Part shown: positions 1 through 12,917 of the stretch, piece by piece
How positions within the stretch are numbered: the first letter of the stretch is position 1
Layout: the number at the start of each line of letters is the position of its first letter
Origin: Veleropilina oligotropha
Taxonomy: Eukaryota
Assembly: GCA_048128005.1 (NCBI GenBank)
Contig: JBEUKZ010000111.1
Coordinates: 186,001-250,000 of the forward strand
Length of the DNA: 64,000 nucleotides
Direction of reading: 5' to 3'
The notes under the pieces: generated by a model
Databases searched by the model: none
Told to the model about the DNA's origin: nothing
The model's input: the letters and a program-made list of their open reading frames with translations, nothing else
Translations under genes and position numbers: made by a program

Positions 1-3000
1 GTCGCTGATGCAGAGGAAACTTCGTCCATGGATTGTATGTGTACGGTAAATGGATTAATTTTTAATCAAATCTGGTGTAAATGTTTGTTTTGGTGAGGTT
101 TCTTAGCATGTTTCATGTCCATTTTAACAAATTTCAACCATGTCACATTTTATATTCGTGAATAGTATTTCATCCTGGCACTGATTTAATTGAATTATTA
201 TTGAAATTTCTGCTTATATTATCTTTTCAGGACAGTCGCTGATGCAGTTAGGGTGATAAACATGAACATGATTGTATGTATAAGGTAAGCCGACTAATTT
301 CTATTCAAATCTGATGTATATGTGTGTTTTGAGGAGTGTTTCTTATCATGTTTTATGTTCTATCTTAACATTGCCTTAGTTTGAATTGTTTTCTAAATTA
401 ATACATTTGTTGCCCTTTTCAGGAAAGTTTGTGATGCAGAAGAAACCTGTGCATGGATTGCATGTGTAAGGTAAGTGGACTAATTTTTAATCAAGTCTGT
501 TTTGGTGAGGTTACTTAGCATGTTTCATGTCCATTTTAAGAAATTTCAACCATATCACATTTTATATTCGTGAAATAGTATTCCATCTTATCACTGACTT
601 ATCTGAATTATTACTGAAATTGATGCTTTTATTATCTTTTTCAGGATAGTCGCTGATGGATTTAGGGTGAGAAACAAGAACATGGTTGTATGTGTAAGTT
701 AAACAAACTAATTTCTATTCAAATCGGGTGTATATGTGTGTTTTGGGAGTGTTAGTTTGCATGTTTCATGTTCCATCTTAGCATTGACTTAATATGAATT
801 GTTTTTTAAATTAATACATTTAATCTCTTTTCCAGGAAAGTAGCTGATGCAGAAACCTGTGCATGGATTATATGTGTCAGGTAAATGGACTAATTTTTAA
901 TGGAATATTGTGCAAATGTTTGTTTTGGTGAGGTTTTTAGCATGTTTGATGTCCATTTTATCAAATTTGGCCCATACCACATTTTATATTGGTGAAATAG
1001 TAATCCCTCTTAGCACTGACTTCTTTGAATTATTACTGAAATTTAGTCTTTTATTATCTTTTTCAGGACAATCGCTGATGCAGTCAGGGTGAGAAATATG
1101 TACATGGTTGTATCTGTAGGGTAAAATGACTAATGTCTATTCAAATCTGACGTATATGTGTGTTTTGTGGAGGTTTCTTAGCATATTTCATGTTCCATCT
1201 TAGCATTGACTTAATTTGAATTGTTTTCTAAATTAATACATTTATTCCCTTTTTCAGGAAAGATGTTGATGCATAAAAAACTAAGCATGGATTGGATGTG
1301 TAAGGTAAATGGACTAATTTTTAATCAAATGAAGTGTAAATGTTTGTTTTGGTGAGGTTTCTAAGCATATTTCTTTTCCATTTTAACAAATTATTTGAAT
1401 TATTATTGAAATTGATGCTTTTATTATCTTTTTCAGGACAGTACCTGATGAAGTTACGGTGAGAAACATGAACATGGTTGTATGTGTAGTGTAAGCGGAT
1501 TAATTTATCTGAAATCTGATGTATATGTGTGTTTTGTGAGGTGTTTATTAGCATGTTTTATGTTCCATCTTAGCATTGACTTAATTTGAATTGTTTTCTA
1601 AATTAACACATTTTTTCCTTTTTTCAGGAAAGTTGCTGATGCAGGAGAAACCTGTGCATGGATTGTATGTGTAAGGTAAGTGGACTAATTTTTAATAAAG
1701 TTTGTTTTGGTGAGGTTATTTAGCATGTTTCATGTCCATTTTAATTTCGACCATATCACATTTTATATTCGTGAAATAGTATTCCATCTTAGCACTTATT
1801 TTAATTATTAATTGAAATGGATGCTTTTAATATCTTTTTAGGACAGTCGCTGATGCATTTAGGCTGAAAAACATCTATATGGCTGTATGTGTAATGTAAG
1901 CCGACTTATTTCTGTTCAAATCTGATATATATGTGCATGTTTCATATTCCATCTTAGCATTGACTTAATTTGAATTGTTTACTAAATTAATACATTTATT
2001 CTCTTTTTCAGGGAAGTTGCTGATGCAGAAGAAACCTGTGCATGGATTGGATGAGTAAGGTAAATGGACTAATTTTTAAAGAAATCTGGTGTAAATGTTT
2101 GTTTTGGTGAGGTTTCTTAGCACGTTTCGTGTCCATTTTAACAAATTTCAACCATATCACATTTTATATTCGTCAAATAGTATTCCATCTAAGCACTGAC
2201 TTATTTGAATTATTATTGAACTTGATGCTTTTATAATCTTTTTCAGGGTAGTCGCTGATGCAGTTGGGGTGAGAAACATGAACATGGTTGTATTTGTAAG
2301 GTAAGTCGACTAATTTATATTCAAATCTGATGTATATATGTGTTTCGGGGGTGTTTCCTAGCATATTTCATGTTCCGTCTTAGCATTGATTAAATTAACT
2401 TGTTTCTAAGTTAATACATTTATTCTATTTTTCAGAAGAGTTGCTGATGCAGAAGAAACCTGTGCATGGATATATGTGTAAGGTAAATGGACTAATTAAT
2501 ATTTAATGAAATCTGGTGTAAATGTTTGTTTTGGTGAGGTTTCTTTGTGTTTCATGTCTATATTTATAAATTTCGACCATATCACATTTTTTATATTTGT
2601 GAAACAGTAATCCATCTTAGCAATAACTTATTTGAATTATTATTGAAATTTATGCTTTATTATCTTTTTCAGGACAGTCCCTGATGCAATTAGGGTGAAA
2701 ACCATGAACATGGTTGTATTTGTAAGGTAAACCAAATAATTTATATTCAAATCTGATGTAAATGTGTGCTTTTGGGGAGTTTTTATTAGCATGTTTCAAG
2801 TTCCATCTAAGCATTGACTTAATTTGAATTGTTTTCTAAATAAATACATTTCTTCTCTTTTTCAGAAAAGATGCTGATGCAGAAAAAATCTTCATGGATT
2901 GGATGTGTAAGGTAAAGGGACTAATTTTTAATCACATCTGGTGTAAATGTTTGTTTTGGTGAGGTTTCTAAGCATATTTCATGTCCATTTTAACAAATTT

Positions 3001-4585
3001 CGACCATATCACATTTTATATTCGTGAAATAGTATTTCATCCTGGCACTGACTTATTTGAATTATTTTTGAAATTAATGCTTTTATTATCTTTTTCAGGA
3101 CAGTCGCCGATGAAGTTAGGATGCGAAACATGAACATGGTTGTATGTGTAAGGTAAGCCGACTAATTTCTATTCAAATCTGATGTATATGTGTGTTTTGG
3201 GGAGTGTTTCATCGCATGTTTTATGTTCCATCTTAGCATTGACTTAATTTGAATTGTTTTATAAATTAATACATTTATTCCCTTTTTTCAGGAAAGTTGC
3301 TGATGCAGAATAAACTGTGCATGGATTGTATGTGTAAGGTAAGTGGACTAATTTTTAATCAAGTCTGTTTTGGTGAGGTTACCTAGCATGTTTCATCTCC
3401 ATTTTAACAAATTTCAAACATATCACATTATATATTCGTGAAATAGTATTCCATCTTAGCACTGACTTATTTGTATTATTATTGAAATTGATGCTTTTGT
3501 TTTCTTTTTCAGGATAGTCGCTGATGCAGTTAGGTTGAGAAACATGAACATTGTTGTATGTGAAAGGTAAGCCGACTAATTTCTATTCAAATCTGATGTT
3601 TATATGTGTTTCTTAGCATGTTTCATGTTCCATCGTAGCATTGACTTAATTTGAATTGTTTTTAAGTTAATACATTTTATCTCTTTTTCAGAAAAGTTGC
3701 TGATGCAGAAGAAACCTGTGCATGGATTGGATGTGTAAGGTAAATGGACTAATGTTTAATGAAATCTGGTGTAAATGTTTGTTTTGGTGAGGTTCCTTAG
3801 CATATTTCATTTCCATTTTAACAAATGTCGACCATGTCACATTTTATATTCGTGAAATATTCCATCCTTGCACTGACTTATTTGAATTATTATTGAAATT
3901 GATGCCTTTATTATCTTTTTCAGGACAGTTGCTGATGAAGTTAGGGTGAGAAACATGAACATGATTGTATGTGTAAGGTAAGCCGACTAATTTCTATTCA
4001 AATCTGATGTATATGTGTGTTTTTGGGGGGGGGGGGTGTTTCTTAGCTTCATGTTCCATCTTAGCATTGACTTAATTTGAATTGTTTCTAAGTTAATACA
4101 TTTATTCTCTTTGTCAGAAAAGTTACTGATGCAGAAGAAACCTGTGCATGGATTGCATGTATAAGTTAAATGGACTAATTTTTAATGAAATCTGGTGTAA
4201 ATGTTTGTTTTGGTGAGGTTTCTTAGCACGTTTCATGTCCATTTTTATAAATTTCGACCATGTCACATTTTTTATATTGGTGAAACAGTATTCCTTCTTA
4301 GCACTGACTTATTTGAATTATTATTGAAATTTATGCTTGTATTATCTTTTTCAGGACAGTCGCTGATGCAGTTAGGGTGGAAAACATGAACATGGGTGTA
4401 CGTGTAAGGTAAGCAAAATAATTTATGTTCAAATCTGATGAATATGTGTGATTTGGGGAGTGTTTCTTAGCATGTTTCATGTTCCATCTTACCATTGAGT
4501 TAATTTAAAATGTTTTCTAAATTAATACATTTAATATCTTTTTCAGGAAAGTTGCTGATGCAGAAGAACCTGTGCACGTATTGTA

Positions 4586-4619
4586 TGTAACTCATAGAGA
4601 CTTATATAATAATGTTACA
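4586..4619 (-). repeat. Truncated 3' LTR remnant (34 bp)
   Basis: gtaactcatagagacttatataataatgttaca is near-identical to 9167-9199 and is preceded on the minus strand by a polypurine tract. Confidence 0.85.
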
Positions 4620-4632
4620 TCTCCCTTTTTTT
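4620..4632 (-). promoter_or_regulatory. Polypurine tract AAAAAAAGGGAGA
   Basis: Purine run directly abutting the 3' LTR on the minus strand. Confidence 0.8.
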
Positions 4633-5015
4633 AAAAGAAAAATAACGAAGAGTCCTAATCTACATGGACATGTACTCTAACGAATTGACTAGAAATGAGC
4701 AGTGAGATATATACTATTAATACAGAACACATGACCGTATTAAAGGATGGATATGTCGAAAGCATAATAGTGCGGATTACTAGAGTCCAATAATGTGATA
4801 ATCACATCTGTAATAATCACATAATTACATGCGTCCAGAACGTGTAATGTAATGCTGTGAGTCATTGCATGGGACATTGGTAATGCTATTAGGGACGGGT
4901 TTGATAGTTGAAGTTTCTTTGTCAAGAGGCATGACCTGTGGTTCAACAATATTGTTGTCATGATTACCATTATGAACTTGACCAGTGGTTGAGTCTGGTA
5001 TATGTAAATTAAGAT

Positions 5016-6267
5016 TTACCTCGACTGGAGTTTGTTCAAATGTTTTGAGGAGCTGACGACGGTTCCTACGGTAGATAGCGCCATATGGAGTACGAACTGA
5101 GTACGATCGCGAGTCATGCTGGTGTATGACTTCAGCAGGCTTCCATAGATTTTGTGCTTGATTCTTACCGTTTCACCGATATATAGCGGCTTGAGGGGTT
5201 TTGACCCTTTATCGTAATAGCGCTTTTGGCGTTTACGGCTGCGTTTTATTTTATCACGAACCTTGGCGAGGCTTACAATCGACGGTTTGAGCTGTTCATG
5301 CGTTGTCGGTAATATCGATCGAAGACGTCTACTCATTAATAACTGTGATGGAGATGAACTACCGTCTAGGGGAGTGGTACGATATTCGAGGATACTAATG
5401 TAAGGATCTCTGTTATCGGATTTAGCCTTCATGAAAATGTTCTTGACAGTTTGTACGGTTTTCTCTGCTAAACAGTTTGATTGAGGATAACGGGGGCTGG
5501 AAGTTTCGTGAATGAAATCCCATTCCTCTGAGAACTTATCGAACTCGTGGGAGGAGTATTGTGGACCGTTATCGGACACGAGTTTCTCAGGAATGCCATC
5601 ACGCGCAAAGAAATCTTTCAGCTTTGCGATTACCGAACTACTTTTAGTGCTGTGAAGTTTTACCAACTTCGAAGTATCGGCTGTAATAGTCTACTACTAA
5701 CACAAATTCTTGATCATTCCAAGTAAATAGGTCTGAGGCAATAACTTGCCATGGTCTATCATGTGTTGGATGAGATTTAAGAGGTTCTTTCGGGTTGGAG
5801 TTACGCGTTTCTAGACATATACGACAGTTGGATATCAAGTCAATTATGTTCTTGGTCATCTTATGCCAAAACAGTATGTCACGCGCCCTATGGCAACACT
5901 TCTCTATACCCATGTGACCTGTATGGATTTGTTCAAGGATTGAGTTTCTCATTCCTTGAGGTATGACTACTCGCTGACCTTTGAATACGATCCCTTCCAT
6001 GACGGAAAGCTCGTCACGAAATGTCCAATAGTCAAGAATATCTGATGGGCAATTGTTTCTCAACTCGGGCCAACCTTGTAAAATGACGTTGCGAAGGGTC
6101 ACGATTTGTGAGTCAAGGTCAGATACTCGTTTGATCTCATTGAGTTTGTTACTACTGAATTGAAGACTGGACATAACGGTATGTACATGGACATCCATAC
6201 CGTCGGAGAGGTGTGGGAAAGTATCAGGCATGAACTTTCGCGACAGGGATGTCTTTACCTGGTACAT
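5016..6267 (-). pseudogene. pol: Gypsy integrase (HHCC zinc finger plus DDE core), split by a frameshift near 5655
   Basis: IHTGHMG...CRIC, PWQVIASDLF, VVDYYSRY, VSDNGPQY and SSPRYPQSNCLAE motifs. Confidence 0.93.
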
Positions 6268-6859
6268 GCATGATTGTTATGTCATACTTCTGAAGTTGGA
6301 GCATCATGCGCTGTAATCGAGTAGGTGCCTGACCAAGAGGCTTTTTCATAATTGACTCTAACGGTTTGTGGTCCGACTCGACAGTAACATGCCTACCATA
6401 TACGTACTGATGAAAATGCTTGCATCCAAACAGGATCGCAAACATTTCCTTCTCAATTTGCGCGTAGTTTATTTCGGAAGGGGTCAACGCCTTAGAAGCG
6501 CACGCAACTGGTCGACCTTCCTGAAAGAGTACAGCTCCAAGTCCAAACTTGGAAGTATCTACTTGTAGTGTCAAATCTCTGTTAGGGTCATAATAGGCCA
6601 AGACTGGCCCAGGAGATTTGGTAAGTATATCCTTCACGTTCTGAAATTCACTAACCTGGGGGTGGTCCCATGTGAATTCAATATCCCTGGGGAGGAGGTG
6701 ACGGAGTGGACTGGTAATGTCAGAAAGATTTGGGGCAAATTTCGCAAGATAATTGACCATACCGAGTATGGTTTCTAATTGGCCTTTCGTCTGCGGCGGT
6801 GCCATATCCCTAATGGCTGCGATCTTGGCGGGGTCGGGTTTAAGCCCTTCTACTGACAA
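6224..6859 (-). pseudogene. pol: Gypsy RT thumb / RNase H
   Basis: LGMVNYLAKF, VDTSKFGLGAVL, NYAQIEKE and SDHKPL motifs. Confidence 0.93.
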
Positions 6860-6940
6860 TATGTGACCAAAGTACCGAACCTCGGTTAGACCTACTTCAA
6901 GTTTCTCTTCGTTTAACTTAATACATATCTCGCGACAGCG

Positions 6941-7531
6941 TTACAGTGCGGCACGGAGATTGCTATCATGTTCACTTCGCGTACGACCATATACTAATAT
7001 GTCATCTACAATGGCTGCGATGCCATTCATGCCTTCGAAGCATTCGTCTATCTTGCGCTGAAATTCATCCTGGGCGCACTTAACACCAAACGGTAGGCGT
7101 AAAAAGCGATAACGACCATGCGGTGTGTTGAAAGTTGTGAGAAATGATGATTCCGCAGATAGCTTGATTGTCCAGTAGCCCGATCGCGCGTCAAGTTTAG
7201 TGAAATACTGAGCGCTAGAAAGTTGAGGTAAAATTTCCTCAAGAGTTCTCATTGGATAATGCGGGCGAAGAATTGCGCGGTTAAGGTTCTGCGGATCGAG
7301 ACAAACGCGTAATTTACTGGATTGTTTTTCAGCCACGACAAGCGAATTGACCCAACGAGTAGGTTTATCAACCTTCGCGATAACGTTCAACGCTTCCATG
7401 CGGTCGACTTCATCTTTTAATTTATCACGCAATGCGGCAGGCACCTTGCGTGGTGGGTTAGCGACGGGTGTTGCGTTAGGATCTATATGGATAGTACACT
7501 CGCCTGGAAAAAGGCCAATACCTTTGAACAC
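6941..7531 (-). pseudogene. pol: Gypsy reverse transcriptase
   Basis: LRVCLDP, KLDARSGYW, TTFNTPHGRYRFLRLPFG and IVDDILVYG motifs. Confidence 0.95.
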
Positions 7532-7540
7532 GTCGGAGTA

Positions 7541-8134
7541 TTATGATAATACGGATGCTTTGTCAAGGGGTTTCCCTGGGGTGTTTGTACCGTGTGTAGG
7601 TGTACCTGTTACAGCGTAGATCAGCTTTATAAGCTGAAGGTCAAGGCACGATCGAAGACCTAGTATGGGCGTAGATGCAGAGTCGACTACATAAAACACT
7701 GCCTTAGTATTATGACCTTTGTGTTGACACCACAAGTCGCACAGACCTAGTGTCTGGATAGGTGAACCACTGTATGCAGATAAGTGTCTACTAGGCTTCT
7801 GTAATGCTAGGGATGGGCTGATGCTATGGAGCATGCGACGGGGCAAAATATTTACCTGCGAGCCTGTGTCTAATTTGAATTTGATATTACAGGGGCCTAT
7901 ATGTATGGTAGCAAATGCTTGATCACGATTGTGTGTAGTGTCGTTGCTATGTATACTATCGACAAAGAAATCCGGTGACTTAAGCCTAATATCATTGCCA
8001 TCTACAGGTTCTATCATAATATCATTAACTCTACTAACAAACCTGTTACTACGACTACCTGTTACAGATTCTACAGAATGCACATTGACTCTATCATGTT
8101 TATGATAATTAGTGTTTTGGTTAGATCTACACAT
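7541..8134 (-). pseudogene. pol: Gypsy aspartic protease region
   Basis: KLDTGSQVNILP and PILGL motifs; ends at an in-frame stop before RT. Confidence 0.9.
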
Positions 8135-8937
8135 ATTCGCGAAATGATTCCATTTCCTGCACTTGTTGCACTGTTTTCCCTTTGCTGCACAGTCGTATTT
8201 CCCGTGCAGTCTGCCACAGTTACCACACTTCCGTTGGTCGGAACTGGCTTGTCGTTGTGATTCGGTGACGGTGCGGGTTGTGGACGTTGATTGCGCCTGT
8301 TAGCGAAAGCTTTTGAGTTATGTCCCTTGGCACTGCTTTGCTGTGGTTTTCTTGACGTTTTCGAATGTTCATTGAACACTGCGGGTACGTCTGACGTCGG
8401 AGTCATTGCCTTTATCTGTTCGTGCGCGTATTCGAAGCTTTGTCCGATTTGAACACACTTTTCTAGGGTGATCTTTTCCCCTTCGTTAATGAGTTTTTCG
8501 CGCACTTTCTGGGAACTTACGCCGAAGACGACACGATCACGGATCATTTCATCACGGTCCTTGAACGAACAGTCCGCTGAGAGCAGTCTTAGCTTGGTGA
8601 CGAACTCGTCGAATGATGCGGTCCCCTGCGTTTCGTTGTTGAACTTATACCTTGCGAACACCGGGTTGAGTGTCGGTTGTACGTATGCGGCATATTTATC
8701 GTAATAAATATTTATTTTTTTATGATCACCTTCCTCGGGAAATGTCCAAGTATTAAAAATGTCTCTTCCTTTCTCGCCTATCCATAGAAGAAGATACGAG
8801 CATTGTGCGTCCTCGTCTCTGGCCTTGAGCGGGCATGAGAAAATGAGTTGCACGTGGTGTTTAAATTTATTCCACGCATCTGGAAGATTCGTTGATTCCC
8901 AGTCCATCTTGGGGGGTGGAATGCCTGTTAGTTCCAT
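8071..8937 (-). pseudogene. gag: Gypsy Gag, frameshifted near 8235 ahead of the zinc knuckles
   Basis: Motifs LLLWIG...IFNT, FVTKLRLLSADCSF and IRDRVVFGV. The knuckles CGNCGRLHGKYDC and CNKCRKWNHFANMC lie in the alternative frame at ~8130-8228. Confidence 0.88.
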
Positions 8938-8939
8938 AT

Positions 8940-8950
8940 TTCTGACACCA
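8940..8950 (-). promoter_or_regulatory. Primer binding site TGGTGTCAGAA (tRNA-Leu-type)
   Basis: Lies immediately inside the 5' LTR and starts with TGG, complementary to the tRNA CCA end. Confidence 0.8.
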
Positions 8951-9199
8951 TGTAACGTTGTGGGGTTCGGGATGGCCGTTAATTAGCATCGACCGCTGAC
9001 CTAAGTCTAAAACTTGAATAGAAGAATGACAACGAGGTATAACGTAACCTGTGTATTCAGACATGTTGTATTACAGACGTCACAGAACGAACTGGGGTTT
9101 ACATATAATAGTACATGGGTTATAGTTCATATCATACTTGTAGTCCTTATACATGGAGTAAGGGAGGTAACTCATAGCGACTTATATAATAATGTTACA
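8951..9199 (-). repeat. 5' LTR (249 bp)
   Basis: Begins tgtaac and ends gttaca; lies next to the PBS; its terminal ~33 bp match 4587-4619. Confidence 0.9.
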
Positions 9200-9446
9200 T
9201 AAGGTAAATGGACTAATTTTTAATCAAATCTGATGTAAATGTTTGTTATGGTGAGGTTTCTTATCATGTTTCATGTCCATTTCAACAAATTTCGACCATA
9301 TCACATTTTATATTCGTGAAATAGTACTTCATCTTAGCAATGACGTGTTTGAATTCTTATTGAAATTGATGCTTTTATTCTCTTCTTCCGGACAGTCGCT
9401 GATGTAATTATGGTGAGAAACATGAACATCCTTGTATGTGTAAGGT

Positions 9447-9707
9447 GGAGGGAGGAATGATGCTTAATGTCCTGTATATTTACAACATCGAGGTTCAATG
9501 CAGGACATGTCCGTGTTCTCGTGGGAGGAAACCCCGGTCACCCGGGTAAACTCGCCCTCTTCGGCCAGTCAGGGACAACTGTGTCTCATAATTTGACAAA
9601 TGTTAGTGCTTCTGCCATGTATTGAACCCACTACTGTTCGCATTAGCGGAATCAAGGCAGTGAATTTAGAGTTGACACTCTTAGCCACTGCGCTGCCGAA
9701 GCGGCCA
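9447..9707 (-). mobile_element. tRNA-derived SINE, full length
   Basis: 12-bp TSD tatgtgtaaggt (9435-9446 and 9708-9719), A-box-like GGCAGCGCAGTGG, B-box-like GGTTCAATAC and a TTCCTCCCTCC tail; three more copies occur in the window. Confidence 0.88.
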
Positions 9708-12661
9708 TATGTGTAAGGTAAGCAACTAATTTCTATTCAAATCTGATGTATATGGGTGTTTTGGGGAGTGTTTCGTATATTGTTTTATGTTCCATCTTAG
9801 CATTGACTTAATTTGAATTGGTTTCTAAATAAATACATTATCCTCTTTATGAAAGTTGCTGTTGCAGAAGAACATGTGCACGTATTGTATGTGTAATGTA
9901 AATGGACTAATTTTAATCAAATCTGGTGTAAATGTTTGGTTTGATGAGGTTTCTTAGCACATTTCATGTCCATTTTACCAAATTTCGACCATATCACATT
10001 TTATATTCGTGAAATAGTATTCATCTTTCCACTGACATATTTGAATTATTACTGAAATTTAGTCTTTTATTCTCTTTTTCAGGATAGTCGTTGATGCAGT
10101 TAGGGTGAGAAAAATGAACATGGTTGTATTTGTAAGGTAAACTAATTTATATTCAAATCTGATGTATATGTGTGTTATAGGAGTGTTTCTTAGCATGTTT
10201 CATGTTCCATCTTAGCATTGACTTAATTTGAATTGTTTTCGATATTAATACATTTATTATCTTTTTCAGGACATTCGCTGATGCAGTTAGGGTAAGAAAC
10301 ATGTACATGGTTGTATATGTAAGGCAAATAGACTAATTTCTTTCCGAATATGATGTATATGTGTGTTTTGGGGAGTGTTTCTTAGCATGTTTTATGTTCC
10401 ATCCTAACATTGGCTTGATTTGAATTGGTTTCTAAATTAATACATTTTTTCCCTTTTTCAGGAAAGGTGCCGATGCAGAAGAAACCTGTGCATGGATTGC
10501 ATGTGTAAGGTAAGTGGACTAATTTTTAATGAAATCTGTGTAAAATGTTTGTTTTGGTGGGGTTTCTTATAATGTTTTTATAAATTTCGACCATATCACA
10601 TTTTGTATATAGGTGAAACAGTATTCCATCTTAGCACTGACTTATTTGAATAGTTATTAACATTTACGCTTTTATTATCTTTGTCAGGACAGTCGCTGAT
10701 GCAGCTACGGTGAAAAACATACTTGGCATGTTTCATGTCCATTTATCAAATTTCAACCATATCACATTTTATATTCGTGAATTCAATCTTAGCACTGACT
10801 TATTTGAATTATTATTGAAATTCATGGTTTTATCATTTTTCAGTATAGTCGCTGATGCAGATTTGGTGAGACACATGAATATGGTTGTATGTGTAAGGTA
10901 AGCCGACTAATTGCTATTCAAATTTGATGTATATATGTGTTTTGTGAGTGTTTCTTAACATGTTTCATGTTCCATCTTAATTGTTTCTAAGTTAATACAT
11001 TAATTCTCTTTTTCAGAAACGTTGCTGATGCAGAAGTAACCTGTGAATGGAATGCATGTGTATGGTAAATTGACTAATTTTTAATGAAATCTGGTGTAAA
11101 TGTTTGTTTTGGTGAGATTTCTAAGCATATTTCATGTCCATTTTAAGTAATTTCGACCATATCGCATTTTATATTCGTGAAATAGTATTCCATCCTGGCA
11201 CTGACTTATTTGAATTATTATTGAAATGGATGCTTTTATTATCTTTTTCAGGACAGTCGCTAATGAAGTTAGGGTGAGAAACATGAACATGGTTGTATGT
11301 GCAAGGTAAGCCGACTAATTTCTATTCAAATGTGATGTATATGTGTGTTTTGATGAGTGTTTCCTAGCATGTTTTATGTTCCATCTTAGCATTTGACTTA
11401 ATTTAAAATGTTTTCTAAATTAATACATTTAATATCTTTTTCAGGAAAGTTGCTGATGCAGAATAACCTGTGCACGTATTGTATGTGTAAGGTAAATGGA
11501 CTAATTTTTAATCAAATCTGATGTAAATGTTTGTTTTGGTGAGGTTTCTTAGCATGTTTCATGTCCATTTACAAATTTCGACCATATCACATTTTATATT
11601 CGTGAAATAGTATTCATATTTCCACTGACTCATTTGAATTATTACTGAAATTGATGTTTTTATTCTCTTTTTCAGGATAGTCGCTGATGCAGTTAGGGTG
11701 AGAAACATGAACATGGTTGTATTTGTAAGGTAACCCGACTAATTTCTATTCAAATATGATGTATATGGGTGTTTTGGGGAGTGTTTCTTATCATGTTTTA
11801 TGTTCCATCTTAGCATCGACTTAATTTGAATTAGTTTCTAAATTAATACATTTATTATCTTTTTCAGGAAAGTTGCTGTTGCAGAAGAAACCTGTGCATG
11901 GATTGTATGTGTAATGTAAATGGACTAATTTTAATCAAATCTGTTGTAAATGTTTGTTTTTACGAGGTTTCTTAGCATATTTCATGTCCATTTTACCAAA
12001 TTTCGACCATATAACATTTATATATTCGTGAAATAGTATTCACCTTTCCACTGAATTATTATTGAAATTGATGTTTTTATTATCGTTTTCAGGACAGTCG
12101 CTGATGCAGTTAGTGTGAGAAACATGAACATGGCTGTATTTGTAAGGTAAACCGACTAATGACTATTCAAAGCTGATGCATATTTGTGTTTTTGGGAGTG
12201 TTTCTTAGCATGTTTCAAGTTCCATCTTAGCATTGACTTAATTTGAATTGTTTTATAAATTACTACATTTATTATCTTTTTCAGGACATTCGCTGATGCA
12301 GTTAGGGTAAGAAACATGTACATGGTTGTATATGTAAGGCAAATCGACTAATTTCTTTCCAAACCTGATGCATATGTGTTTTGGGGAGTGTTTCTTATCA
12401 TGTTTTATGTTCCATCTTAGCATTGACTTGATTTGAATTGGTTTCTAAATTTATACATTTATTCCCCTTTTCAGGAACGTTCCCGATGCAAAAGAAACTG
12501 TGCATGGACTGTATGTGTAAGTTAAGTGGACTAATTTTTAATCAAGTATGTTTTGGTGAGGTTACTTAGCATGTTTCATGTCCATTTTAACACATTTCAA
12601 CCATATCACATTTTATATTCGTGAAATAGTATTCCATCTTAGCACTGACTTATTTGAATTA

Positions 12662-12917
12662 TTCGGCAGCGCAGTGGGTAAGAGAGTCCACTCTAAATTC
12701 ACTGGGTTGATTCAGCTAATGCGAACAGTGGTGGGTTCAATACCTGGCTGAGGCATTGACATTTGTTCAAGTTATGAATCACAGTTGTCCGACACTGGCC
12801 GAAGAGGGCGGGTTTACCCGGGTGCCCGGGGCTTCCTCCCGCGATAACACGGACATGTCCTGCCTTGAACCTTGATGTTGTAAATATACAGGACATTAAG
12901 CTTCATTCCTCCCTCCC
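12662..12917 (+). mobile_element. tRNA-derived SINE (same family)
   Basis: Reverse-complement homolog of 9447-9707. No TSD; part of the flanking satellite unit is missing. Confidence 0.85.

Larger units (their letters stand above)
4586..9199 (-). mobile_element. Ty3/Gypsy LTR retrotransposon (Mag-like), decayed, inserted in the satellite
   Basis: Domain order gag-PR-RT-RH-IN on the minus strand, TGTAAC...GTTACA LTR, PBS, PPT and two CCHC knuckles. Confidence 0.95.

Noticed and set aside
9600..9707. tRNA gene
   Set aside because: The A/B boxes belong to a SINE head with a body, tail and TSD; no convincing cloverleaf.
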